Shown here in pieces: positions 1 to 8,945 of a stretch of DNA of 64,000 bases; the first letter of the stretch is position 1; the number at the start of each line of letters is the position of its first letter. The translations under genes were made by a program, and so were the position numbers. The notes beneath the pieces are model-generated. The model was not told the origin of the DNA. It saw nothing but the letters and a program-made list of their open reading frames with translations, and did not search any database. The stretch is taken from IMG/VR virus record IMGVR_UViG_3300027793_000055, positions 32,001 through 96,000 of that record. One strand, given 5' to 3'. The DNA comes from a virus.

Positions 1-183
1 ACTACCAAAGGTGTTATCAAAATCAATATAGCTTTCAACTGTAACCGGTACCATACCTGGACCATGTTGAAATCTACCAACTACAACTGGACCGATTGCA
101 CCAATATTGGCTGTTAATACGGAACGGTCGATTTCATTAATTTTTACACCCGGTGATACGAAGCGAAATCTTTTAGCTGTCAT
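1..183 (-). CDS. gp18: Tail sheath protein, N-terminus (runs off left edge; not in ORF track)
   Basis: ATG at 183 after GAGGAG; translates MTAKRFRFVSPGVKINEIDRS...GRFQHGP...FDNTFG, the classic sheath N-terminal F-x-SPGV-x3-EID motif. Confidence 0.85.
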   Translation of the reverse strand, partial: MTAKRFRFVSPGVKINEIDRSVLTANIGAIGPVVVGRFQHGPGMVPVTVESYIDFDNTFGS

Positions 184-218
184 TATACAATTCTCCTCTA
201 AAATTAACTTTTCTAAAA

Positions 219-226
219 TAAATAGT
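219..226 (-). promoter_or_regulatory. ACTA(T/A/G)TTA putative phage late-promoter motif (first of 15 intergenic copies)
   Basis: Plus-strand TAA(A/T/C)TAGT at 219, 3248, 4816, 6236, 7121, 10335, 14629, 17310, 23006, 29222, 30625, 33522, 34735, 36958, 43875, each shortly upstream of a minus-strand start. Confidence 0.65.
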
Positions 227-253
227 GCTGTTTGTGGTCAAAAGCTGATGTTT

Positions 254-1075
254 TTACCATTTCTTTTTATATAGTGAGTTTTCATCTGTTAAAGTATACT
301 CTCTTGGAATTTTAACTTCAACTGCATTTTCTCTATAAATTATGTTTGGTTCATTCTCATTATTACCAGAATTAACCATATGGCCAACTACATTTAATTT
401 TATAGTTGTCTTGAACATTCTTTCTTCTTGTTCTAACTTATCTCCATTATGTTCAATGGCATAGTTAGAATCAATAAAGACTTCAAAACGATGACCTTCA
501 TTTTCAAGAACAAAATAATTTCCAGCACCTGTATATACAAGAAATGGCTGAGTTAATTCATTCATTTGTTGTTGATATTCTGTTCTTAAATCAATTTGGT
601 ATTCAAAATTGGCTTGTACAGGAAATTTAATAGATTTAAAGCCATAAACTATTTTTTTATTTTCTCTTTTGGAGTTTGGTTGACCAGTCTTTTTCTGTGA
701 ATCTGCATTAGCAAAATTAGTAGTCTTATCTTGATTAATTTGTTTTACTAAAATATAATCATCTTTAAAAAGATTTGGGACAACATTACCAGGAAATATA
801 CCTTTTACTTTTAGATCTTTATTAATTGCGGTTCTTTTAACAGTAATTACTGGTAGAATAAAACTGCCATCATTTTGTCTTAAATCCTTATTATTTTTAA
901 TCTGGAAAGATCTTTCACCGGAAACCCATATAACTGGTGTTTTTGCCCATCCTTTATTTGTTGTGGTATATAGATTCATTACTTCATCTAGCCATTTATA
1001 GACAGCTAGATCAATATTTTCTATCTTAGATGGATCCAGAGGAAATTTTCCATTACCTTCTTTTTGATTATTCAT
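254..1075 (-). CDS. Tail completion/terminator protein (gp15-like)
   Basis: Between neck genes and sheath; IDxAV..W, PVIW...ER, LP-x-I-x-V-x-R pattern. Confidence 0.55.
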   Translation of the reverse strand: MNNQKEGNGKFPLDPSKIENIDLAVYKWLDEVMNLYTTTNKGWAKTPVIWVSGERSFQIKNNKDLRQNDGSFILPVITVKRTAINKDLKVKGIFPGNVVPNLFKDDYILVKQINQDKTTNFANADSQKKTGQPNSKRENKKIVYGFKSIKFPVQANFEYQIDLRTEYQQQMNELTQPFLVYTGAGNYFVLENEGHRFEVFIDSNYAIEHNGDKLEQEERMFKTTIKLNVVGHMVNSGNNENEPNIIYRENAVEVKIPREYTLTDENSLYKKKW

Positions 1076-1079
1076 TTAT

Positions 1080-1931
1080 CTATTCCTCAGTAATTTCAAA
1101 AATACCATTACCAAATGGTCCATCTTCAAAGATTTCAAATGCAAATGGTGATGTGTACCAAATACCACCTTCATTATAGTAGAATTTATTAGCTATTTGA
1201 AAAGGTGGTGGATGATAATCTCCCAAAGCTGTTAGATAAATGACACATCCTTTATAATTCTGTGGATTTTCATTATAATCGATAAATTGTGGGAGATCTT
1301 GAGAATTATTTGCAGCACTAATTTTTCTAATTGTACCACGACAGCCCTCGACAACATCTCCCATATTGACAACTTTACCATCTTCTGTCAATTCACGGAA
1401 TATTTCAAGAACCTGATCAATTTCTGCCGGGTATTCAAATAAACCTTTTCTTGCTGTAATACATTGTGATATTATTTCAAATCTGTGTTCAGCTTGTCCA
1501 AACAATTGACGAGGGATATTAGCTGTAACTATTTCATAAAAACGACCACCATAGAATACAAAATCGCCTTCACGAACAAATAAATTCTGATCCTGTGTTA
1601 ATCTTCTGCGATGAAAATTAACAGTTATTTTGGTTTTCTTGTCAAGACCAAACTGATCAGTGGCTGTTTCAATACCTTCAAATTTAACTAAAGCATGCAC
1701 ACGAACAGGAGGTAGAAAGTTTTTTTCTATTGCCTCTCCATAAACTGGATGGAAATTAGTATGTGTATAACTTATAGGAAAATAGAGAATTGTTTGACCA
1801 ATTACTCGTTCAATTACCTCATCATTAACTTGTTTAACAAGATCGCGTTCCTTTTCTCCAAGGAACATTGGTGGTGGAGGATTTGAAGGCTGTTCCCATT
1901 TATTAAATTTAGAATTCTTTTTTCTAGCCAT
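1080..1931 (-). CDS. Neck/head-closure protein (gp14-like) with extra C-terminal domain
   Basis: Synteny; HPVYGEA and VREGDFVFYGGRFYEI motifs. Confidence 0.6.
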   Translation of the reverse strand: MARKKNSKFNKWEQPSNPPPPMFLGEKERDLVKQVNDEVIERVIGQTILYFPISYTHTNFHPVYGEAIEKNFLPPVRVHALVKFEGIETATDQFGLDKKTKITVNFHRRRLTQDQNLFVREGDFVFYGGRFYEIVTANIPRQLFGQAEHRFEIISQCITARKGLFEYPAEIDQVLEIFRELTEDGKVVNMGDVVEGCRGTIRKISAANNSQDLPQFIDYNENPQNYKGCVIYLTALGDYHPPPFQIANKFYYNEGGIWYTSPFAFEIFEDGPFGNGIFEITEE

Positions 1932-1940
1932 TTTTTAGCC

Positions 1941-3221
1941 TCAACCAGTGAATATGACCATTGGTACTTTATCGATTGTTTTTTGAACATTCTCGCCAAT
2001 ATTAGCAGTTTGTTCAGCTAATTTATCATAAGTCATTTCTGCCAAGATAGTTTTCATTTCTTCGCGGAGAGCAGTCATTTCTTCTTTTGCTTGAGCTAGT
2101 AAAGAATCAGCATTTAATTTAACACTTTCTCCTGGAATTGGAACACTATCAAACTTGCCACGAATCTGTCCTAACATCTCTTTACAAATTGCAAGAGCAA
2201 AACGTCGAATCCACTGTTTACCAATTGAGTTTATATTTTCATATGGAATGTTGGTAAAAGGAAGTGTATTAATATTATTAACACCACCGGCTCTATCACT
2301 TTGAGTCGATGCTGAGCCACTTGGACCTGATTCACCATAACTAAACACACCTTGTGGAATAGTAAATTCAATCCAGATTGACTGTAAATCTGTGCCGGTT
2401 GGAATAGGAAACATTCGCAATTTATTATTTCTAATCTCATAAGAATAATGTGAGATACGTGTATAAATATTATCTTCATAAGCCATCGCTTGTGCTTTGT
2501 TGTGCCAAGCAGGAATAACTTCAAATGTGCTATCATCAGCAAATTGACCATAAGTACTTAAATTACCTACAGTATTTATACCACCATAATATCCATAGAA
2601 TCTCCACATAGCTCTTGGAGACTTATAATAAACTTTTCTTACTTCTACTTTTTTATCAATTAAACCAGCAAAAGGAGAACCGGGTATCTGACTGGCAGTT
2701 ACTAATGCAGTCTGAACATCATAGTCTTGTTGATCTCCCACAATTGGTATTGAAGCTGAAAATACTGTTAAATTACCGCCTACTCCTGCCATTTCAGACG
2801 TTCTTGTCATAACTTCTTTTGCATAACCAATATCAAAAGACGGTAATAATAGTTGTGGATTTTGCCCAGCTAATGCACTACCAGAAGAAAATTCACCATC
2901 ACTATTAAAAGTACCAGTTGGTGAGCCAAGAGAGTTAGCCAACACATTTCTTGATTGATGAACGTTGATTATATAACTGTATTCCAATACAGCTGCTTCA
3001 TAAGCTGCGTATACATTTTGTTCAGTTAACTCTATATCAAGTACATCGCCACCAAGCATTTTATATGTAAATGCAACCTGATCAACAGCGCCAGTTATAA
3101 AATCAGAATTTGTTGCATATATACCAAAAGGTAAACTAGCAGTAACACGACTAGCTGTACCAATAGCCGGTAATACAATTGCACTTATTTGACTTTTTGG
3201 TGCTAATACAGGTAATGCCAT
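1941..3221 (-). CDS. Neck/head-tail adaptor (gp13-like)
   Basis: LGG-x-VLDIELT, C-terminal WIRRFALAICKEMLGQIRGKF...LN...L; synteny. Confidence 0.65.
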   Translation of the reverse strand: MALPVLAPKSQISAIVLPAIGTASRVTASLPFGIYATNSDFITGAVDQVAFTYKMLGGDVLDIELTEQNVYAAYEAAVLEYSYIINVHQSRNVLANSLGSPTGTFNSDGEFSSGSALAGQNPQLLLPSFDIGYAKEVMTRTSEMAGVGGNLTVFSASIPIVGDQQDYDVQTALVTASQIPGSPFAGLIDKKVEVRKVYYKSPRAMWRFYGYYGGINTVGNLSTYGQFADDSTFEVIPAWHNKAQAMAYEDNIYTRISHYSYEIRNNKLRMFPIPTGTDLQSIWIEFTIPQGVFSYGESGPSGSASTQSDRAGGVNNINTLPFTNIPYENINSIGKQWIRRFALAICKEMLGQIRGKFDSVPIPGESVKLNADSLLAQAKEEMTALREEMKTILAEMTYDKLAEQTANIGENVQKTIDKVPMVIFTG

Positions 3222-3247
3222 TTTAATATAACTCCTAAGTTATTTAG

Positions 3248-3255
3248 TAAATAGT
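3248..3255 (-). promoter_or_regulatory. ACTATTTA motif upstream of neck genes
   Basis: 14 nt downstream of the 33-bp terminator repeat. Confidence 0.6.
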
Positions 3256-3268
3256 TTTAATATTTATT

Positions 3269-3301
3269 AAAAACAAAACCCACCATATTTCAGGTGGGTT
3301 T
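3269..3301 (-). terminator. Intrinsic terminator, 33-bp direct repeat copy 1
   Basis: AAACCCACC-TGAAATAT-GGTGGGTTT-TGTTTTT; identical at 4837 and 6259. Confidence 0.85.
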
Positions 3302-3320
3302 ATAAATTTATTATCTTCTA

Positions 3321-4778
3321 TCAAACACCAGTTGTTGGATGTGAATCTGGCGGTGTAAAGTTTGTTGTATATCTTGCGATACCTTGAGTCAGCCTAAGAT
3401 CATCAATATAACCATTTAAATATCTCAAAGCACTATTGCTTCTATGAAAACCAACATAAAAAGTTGTAGGAAGTGTAGCTATAGAAGAAGCTAAACTTGA
3501 GCCTCTTAATATACCATTAATAAATAATCTCACAGTTGTTCCATCATTAGAAAGTGCAACATGGTTCCAACTGTTTAGAGAAACAAGACCGGCAGCCGTT
3601 GCGAATTGCCATATTGGAGTTTGAGAGTTTCCAAATCCATTTGCTGTCATACTTCCATTTAAATTTACAGCTAATTGAACTCTATTGATATTTGATGTTG
3701 TGGTGCCATTATAAAATAAACCACTACCATTTGTAGCATCTCCATAAGAATTAAGATAAAACCAGGTTTCTATAGTATAAGAGCCGCTTAGTTTAAGGTT
3801 TGAATTACTAAGAGAAAGATAATCGTTAGTTCCGTCAAAATAAGCACTACCAGTGATTGCTGTTACGATATTAGCAAGTGGCGACACGTCGCTGATTTGC
3901 GGTGAACCACGTCCTATTGTTATTGAATAGTTATTAGGTCCGTTGTCCTTGAATATACGTCCCTGGCAAGTTAATAATATCGTTCCAGAAATAGATTGTA
4001 GTGCAGTGGTTGGCGGGGAGAATGCAGACGTATAAACAGAAGTTCCACAAATTCTTAGATTTGATAGGTGGCAGTCGGTTCTGCCATAGTCGCCTCCGTT
4101 GGGATTTGGTGTTGAACCACCAATTGTGATGCTTTCTGCTGTTCCGTTATTTAACGGTGTATTAAATACTTCTTGTAACTCCAATACTCCATCTACAAAT
4201 ATTCTGTAAGTTGTACCTTGTTTGACAAAGGCTAGATGGTGCCAGTTGCCGTCATCTACGCGAGAAACAGAAAAGAATGACTTAATATTGACCGGCCATC
4301 CCGTACCGTGATACACGGTAAAATAAAACTTACCAACGTTGGTTCCAGACTCCATCACGCTGGCCACCCAAGAATTTCCTGTATCAGAATGCATGTCTGA
4401 TTTTGCCGCTATAGTAGCTCGCTGGGAATTAGAACTGCCACGGAACCATGTTTCAAATGTCCAATTTGTTCCTATATTTCCACCAACGATAGCGCCGTTG
4501 ACTAGTAGATAGTTTTTCCTTATGCTATCGGCTTGTGATGGAAAATAAATGCTCCATTTACCATCTTCTTTATTGTGCGGACTAAATGAGTCAATCCGGG
4601 TATTACCAAACCTTGAGATGGCAAGATTATTAACACTGCTGTCAACAAAAGTTGTGCTATTGTTAGCCCCGGCTGCTTTCAATAATAGTGATACATTTGA
4701 AAAATAAGGATCGGTTGTTGGAATATTTGTAGGCTCACTGCCAGTTGTTTGATTTTCTGCTTCACTATAAAAAAACAT
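3321..4778 (-). CDS. MFFY-leader protein with two LamG/concanavalin-like domains
   Basis: DPYFSNVSLLL, WTFETW, WHHLAFVK, WNHVAL, GYIDDLRLTQGIARYTTNFTPP. Confidence 0.85.
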   Translation of the reverse strand: MFFYSEAENQTTGSEPTNIPTTDPYFSNVSLLLKAAGANNSTTFVDSSVNNLAISRFGNTRIDSFSPHNKEDGKWSIYFPSQADSIRKNYLLVNGAIVGGNIGTNWTFETWFRGSSNSQRATIAAKSDMHSDTGNSWVASVMESGTNVGKFYFTVYHGTGWPVNIKSFFSVSRVDDGNWHHLAFVKQGTTYRIFVDGVLELQEVFNTPLNNGTAESITIGGSTPNPNGGDYGRTDCHLSNLRICGTSVYTSAFSPPTTALQSISGTILLTCQGRIFKDNGPNNYSITIGRGSPQISDVSPLANIVTAITGSAYFDGTNDYLSLSNSNLKLSGSYTIETWFYLNSYGDATNGSGLFYNGTTTSNINRVQLAVNLNGSMTANGFGNSQTPIWQFATAAGLVSLNSWNHVALSNDGTTVRLFINGILRGSSLASSIATLPTTFYVGFHRSNSALRYLNGYIDDLRLTQGIARYTTNFTPPDSHPTTGV

Positions 4779-4815
4779 CTTTTATTTCTCCTGTCATTGA
4801 AGATAAATATAGATA

Positions 4816-4823
4816 TAAATAGT
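4816..4823 (-). promoter_or_regulatory. ACTATTTA motif of LamG cassette
   Basis: Between the terminator repeat and GACAGGAG RBS. Confidence 0.6.
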
Positions 4824-4836
4824 TTTAGAATAATTC

Positions 4837-4869
4837 AAAAACAAAACCCACCATATTTCAGGTGGGTTT
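4837..4869 (-). terminator. Intrinsic terminator, 33-bp direct repeat copy 2
   Basis: Identical to 3269-3301. Confidence 0.85.
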
Positions 4870-4892
4870 GTGTTGGTAATTATACTTACTGT

Positions 4893-6197
4893 TTATTCTT
4901 CATTGAATACATAAGCAAGACCAGACTCATTGCCGCTTGTTGATTTTTCATCTCTCCACGCACCAACGATAACACGATCACCGGCAGAATTCATTGCAAC
5001 TGAATATCCAAACTGATCATCATTGGTTGCCAAACTTCCACTTAGGATAGGCTGCTGCTGTGTCCAGCCGGTTGTTCCACTAACAAATATATAAGCAAGA
5101 CCAGAAGAACCAACTCCACCACTACCAGTTATTTCGTCTAGACGAGCACCAACAATGATACGATCACCGGCAGAATTCATTGCAACAGACCAACCAAACC
5201 AATCATCAGTATTATTTGCAAAAGTTCCGCTTATGATGGGTTGTTGTGACCAACCACCAGTTCCACTTACAAATACATAAGCAAGACCTTCGTTGTAATT
5301 AGTTGCTTGGCTAACTCTTTCATCCAAATATGCACCAACAACAACACGATCACCAGCAGAATTCATCGCAACTGAATTACCAAATTGTTCATTGGAACTA
5401 GTTGCCAAGGTGCCACTTAGAACATGCTGCTGAGTCCAGCCACCAGTTCCACTTACAAATATATAGGCAAGACCTTCTGAGAGAGGGCCTCCGCTTCTTT
5501 CATCTTGCCCAGCACCAACGATAACACGATCACCAGCTGAATTCATTGCAACTGAATTACCGAATTGATCAGTTGAATTAACTGCTAAAGTTCCACTTAA
5601 TATATGTTGCTCTACCCATCCACTTGCTCCACTGACATATATATAAGCAAGTCCTTCTGAAATCTGGCCACCACTTCTTTCATCCAATTGGGCACCAACA
5701 ATAATACGATCACCTACGGAATTCATTGCAACTGCACTACCGAATTGATCACTAGTAGTTGCAAAAGTTCCGGTTGGGATAAGTTGTTGTGACCAACCAC
5801 CGGCTCCGCTGACGAATACATAAGCAAGACCTTGTGTGATGCTGGCTGGTCCCAATTCATCTAGCCGAGCACCAATAACAACACGATCACCAGCAGAATT
5901 CATTGCAACTGAATTGCCAAAATTATCATTTAAATCTATTGCAAAACTTCCACTTAGAACAATTTGTTCATTCCACCCACCGGTTCCACTAACATATATA
6001 TAAGCAAGCCCAGAAGAACCACTTCCGCCACTTCTTTCATCTTGCCACGCACCAACGATAACACGATCACCGGCAGAATTCATTGCAACTGAATATCCAA
6101 AATTGTCAGTTAAATCGGTTGCCAAAGTACCAGATAAAATCTGCTTTTCTTTCCAATTTTTTATTATATTTTCAATTATTTCTCTATAAAAAAACAT
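4893..6197 (-). CDS. MFFY-leader protein, 7-bladed FG-GAP beta-propeller
   Basis: Seven repeats of FG-x-SVAMNSAGDR-x-(I/V)-VGA...GLAY(I/V)(Y/F). Confidence 0.85.
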   Translation of the reverse strand: MFFYREIIENIIKNWKEKQILSGTLATDLTDNFGYSVAMNSAGDRVIVGAWQDERSGGSGSSGLAYIYVSGTGGWNEQIVLSGSFAIDLNDNFGNSVAMNSAGDRVVIGARLDELGPASITQGLAYVFVSGAGGWSQQLIPTGTFATTSDQFGSAVAMNSVGDRIIVGAQLDERSGGQISEGLAYIYVSGASGWVEQHILSGTLAVNSTDQFGNSVAMNSAGDRVIVGAGQDERSGGPLSEGLAYIFVSGTGGWTQQHVLSGTLATSSNEQFGNSVAMNSAGDRVVVGAYLDERVSQATNYNEGLAYVFVSGTGGWSQQPIISGTFANNTDDWFGWSVAMNSAGDRIIVGARLDEITGSGGVGSSGLAYIFVSGTTGWTQQQPILSGSLATNDDQFGYSVAMNSAGDRVIVGAWRDEKSTSGNESGLAYVFNEE

Positions 6198-6235
6198 CTT
6201 TTGTATCCCATCCTTTACTAGCTTATTAGTAAGTG

Positions 6236-6243
6236 TAAATAGT
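6236..6243 (-). promoter_or_regulatory. ACTATTTA motif of FG-GAP cassette
   Basis: Downstream of terminator copy 3. Confidence 0.6.
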
Positions 6244-6258
6244 TTTGTAATAGTTTAA

Positions 6259-6291
6259 AAAAACAAAACCCACCATATTTCAGGTGGGTTT
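6259..6291 (-). terminator. Intrinsic terminator, 33-bp direct repeat copy 3
   Basis: Identical to 3269-3301. Confidence 0.85.
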
Positions 6292-6310
6292 AAAAAATTA
6301 TTATCTTCTA

Positions 6311-6410
6311 TCAAGCACCAGCTACTTTTAACAATAACGATACACTTATAAAATATGTATCGGGTATGACTACTGATTAAATTGGGTCTGCTGCTTCACT
6401 ATGAATGCAC
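6311..6410 (-). pseudogene. Remnant of an MFFY-LamG cassette gene
   Basis: Translates SEAADPI*SVVIPDTYFISVSLLLKVAGA*, matching the N-terminus of 3321..4778 (38/50 nt by eye), joined to the same stop/3' flank. Confidence 0.75.
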
Positions 6411-6416
6411 CTAAAT

Positions 6417-7082
6417 TTAGGCAATTTCATATCTAATAATTACAATACCAGATGCTCCAGCACCACCATTTTTACTATAGTATCGATGCCCCCATCGATC
6501 TCGTTCTCCACCGCCACCACCAGCGCCAGTATTTGCAATTCCAGGGAATCCAAATGAAGCTAGGCCACCACGACCACCGCCGCCAAGACCACCATTAGCA
6601 TTGCCACCAGCACCACCACCACCAGCATAATATTTTAAAGTTCCATCTATAGATGATTGTAAACCATTAATACCACCACTTGCGCCTACGCCGTTGATCT
6701 GATTCCTCGCTGAACCTTTAAAGGCACCGCCAGCGGCAGTAATATTAAAAGCCGATGATGGATTGCCAGAAGTTACAGAAAATCCACCAACAATTATCGG
6801 ATAAGATTGAGCAGCTAAAATTATAGAGCCGCTAATCATTTGACCGGCATCGCCACCATTACCATCATACTTACCAAGAATTCCACCAACAGACCCCTCA
6901 AAACCTCTACCACCACCGCCGCCGCCGCCAATAATCAAATATTCAACTAATCCCGAATATTCAATTGTTAAAGTACCATTTTGTAAAAATCTATGAACTC
7001 TGTAGGTTTTTCCATCAAGTGAAAATTGTTCAGTTATTCCACCACTACCTTCTAAAAATTCTGCTTCGCCATAAAAAAACAT
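6417..7082 (-). CDS. MFFY-leader glycine-rich virion protein
   Basis: YRVHRF, VEYLIIGGGGGGG, YYAGGGGAG, ANTGAGGGGG, GASGIVIIRY. Confidence 0.8.
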   Translation of the reverse strand: MFFYGEAEFLEGSGGITEQFSLDGKTYRVHRFLQNGTLTIEYSGLVEYLIIGGGGGGGRGFEGSVGGILGKYDGNGGDAGQMISGSIILAAQSYPIIVGGFSVTSGNPSSAFNITAAGGAFKGSARNQINGVGASGGINGLQSSIDGTLKYYAGGGGAGGNANGGLGGGGRGGLASFGFPGIANTGAGGGGGERDRWGHRYYSKNGGAGASGIVIIRYEIA

Positions 7083-7120
7083 ATTTAGTGTCTCCTGTCG
7101 TCCAACGACAAATACAGATA

Positions 7121-7128
7121 TAAATAGT
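7121..7128 (-). promoter_or_regulatory. ACTATTTA motif of Gly-rich cassette
   Basis: Context AAAACTATTTATATCT-x-TATTT shared with the 4816 site; GACAGGAG RBS. Confidence 0.6.
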
Positions 7129-7140
7129 TTTAAAATTTAT

Positions 7141-7169
7141 AAAACAAAACCCGCCATTTCTGGCGGGTT
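7141..7169 (-). terminator. Terminator after major capsid gene (variant of the repeat)
   Basis: AACCCGCCA-GAAA-TGGCGGGTT-TTGTTTT. Confidence 0.85.
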
Positions 7170-7196
7170 CTGCTAGAATATTAGTCTAATCTGTTA

Positions 7197-8915
7197 TCAG
7201 CCCAAGAGATCTTGAACAACAACTAGACCGAACATATCTGGACGTACCATCTTCTTAGCGTAACGGGTCATAACGCCTTTACGTGGTACGAAGTCTTCGG
7301 TACCAAAGATGGTTGGTGTGACTTGGAGTGGTACGTATGGAGCGTAGACATATCCGCTTTCGAGGAATTGTGTACCACGACGACCAACTAGCAACAAGTT
7401 ACGTGGGAAGTATGGGTCAACCATAACATCCCATTTCTTGCTGAGTGAACCAACTTTAACTGCACCGGCTGTGCCCTTGGCTTCATCTGGAACAACACCT
7501 GAAGCACGGAAGCCAGCAGTCATTTCGAGGATACTGGCAACTTCTGGTGAAGTTACGATAAAGTTAGCACCACCACGTAATGTTTTACGGTGGATTTGAG
7601 CACTTAGATCATTAACGGTTTCGAGTAGTGTTTCGTACCACATTGAAACGTTACCGGTAAAGTCTGCACCAAGTAGATCTTCATTTGCTGAAGCACTGAT
7701 TGGAGCACCAGTTGCTTTGTTGACAAAGCGACCTGGACGACGTGACCAGTGATAAACACCGGCTGTAGCGCCTTTAACGAGGTCTTCTAGGACTTCTTGG
7801 TCGATTTCAAGAGCGATGTGCTCGCTCATGATGCTTGTCAATTCGACTTCGGCGTCGAGATTGTGGTAAGCATTTAGATCTTGACCGAGTTCTGGTGTCC
7901 ACTTGACTTTGAGTTTTTTGGTTTTGGCACTAACTGAAACTGAATCAATTTTTACATCGATTTCTGGAATTTCAGAACTACCTTCAAGACCCCAAAGTTG
8001 TTGTGCTAATACAGAACCTAGAGCACCACCAACACCTAGATTATCATCTATTGGGAAGGTTATAGATTTAGTACCACTTGTTAATTCAGTTTGTAAAGCA
8101 CCAAGAACAGCTGCACTGTTTGCTTTAAATACTAAACGCAAATGAGTATAAGTATCACCACCAACATCGGCACCGCTAGCATCGCACTTAGCAGTTAAAC
8201 GACGTACTTGTGTACCATTTGTGACTGCAGTTGTAACTTTGATAGCAACTAGATTGCTCTTGTTTAGTTTTTGGCCACCAACTTCTAGTGAAGCTACTGG
8301 AACAACAACAGCAATAACACCGTCTGAACCTGAAACTAGATCTGGATCGAAACGTAGAGCACGATCAAGTGCTGGATCAGCACCAACTAATTGACCACCA
8401 CCAAGTACCGAGGTCAATGAGGCAGTTACTGAACCGGTTGGTGAGCTATAACCGTTGTTTAAGCTGTAGAATGATTTTTCGAGGTTAACACCAGTTAAAT
8501 CAACGCCGCCTGTGATTTGGCTAGCAACACGACCACCACCAAATACTGAATCATTTGCATCTAGACCTAAACGGCTTCCGCTGACTTGGAAGTCAAGGAA
8601 GAAGATTAGACCGCTTGGTAGACTCATTGGTTGTACTGAAACAAGTTCATTGGCAATCAATGAACCGAATACACGGCGAACGATTGGGAATGCAACAGCT
8701 GCGAAACCTTCAACGTCACCAGCACTCATTGCACTACTTTCTTTGAGTAGTTGTTTGGCTTGGTTTTCCAATAGAACGGCCATACCATTCTTTTGGCTCT
8801 CATCACGAAGACCTTCTAATAGACCGGTCTTTTCCCATTTTGCACGTAGAGCGGCACCTTCTTTTGTAAGGTCACGGTCAACGATATTCTCTGTTAAACG
8901 CTTTAAAATTGACAT
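7197..8915 (-). CDS. gp23: Major capsid protein (gp23-like) with central insertion
   Basis: AFPIVRRVF, VSVQPMSLPSGLIFFLDF, LK..WTPELGQDL.AYH, GYVYAPYVPL, TRYAKKMVRP. Confidence 0.95.
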   Translation of the reverse strand: MSILKRLTENIVDRDLTKEGAALRAKWEKTGLLEGLRDESQKNGMAVLLENQAKQLLKESSAMSAGDVEGFAAVAFPIVRRVFGSLIANELVSVQPMSLPSGLIFFLDFQVSGSRLGLDANDSVFGGGRVASQITGGVDLTGVNLEKSFYSLNNGYSSPTGSVTASLTSVLGGGQLVGADPALDRALRFDPDLVSGSDGVIAVVVPVASLEVGGQKLNKSNLVAIKVTTAVTNGTQVRRLTAKCDASGADVGGDTYTHLRLVFKANSAAVLGALQTELTSGTKSITFPIDDNLGVGGALGSVLAQQLWGLEGSSEIPEIDVKIDSVSVSAKTKKLKVKWTPELGQDLNAYHNLDAEVELTSIMSEHIALEIDQEVLEDLVKGATAGVYHWSRRPGRFVNKATGAPISASANEDLLGADFTGNVSMWYETLLETVNDLSAQIHRKTLRGGANFIVTSPEVASILEMTAGFRASGVVPDEAKGTAGAVKVGSLSKKWDVMVDPYFPRNLLLVGRRGTQFLESGYVYAPYVPLQVTPTIFGTEDFVPRKGVMTRYAKKMVRPDMFGLVVVQDLLG

Positions 8916-8945
8916 TGTAATTCTCCTTAAATGAATTAATAAATA

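Noticed and set aside
3269-6291. 33-bp palindromic direct repeats as a CRISPR array
   Set aside because: Intervals are 1.4-1.6 kb of coding sequence, the repeats are terminators, and there are no cas genes.
4893-6410. Diversity-generating retroelement TR/VR pair
   Set aside because: Differences between repeats and between remnant and gene are not adenine-specific, and there is no reverse transcriptase in the window.
4814-7126. T4 late promoter TATAAATA on the plus strand
   Set aside because: It points away from all real genes; treated as the reverse complement of the ACTATTTA motif.
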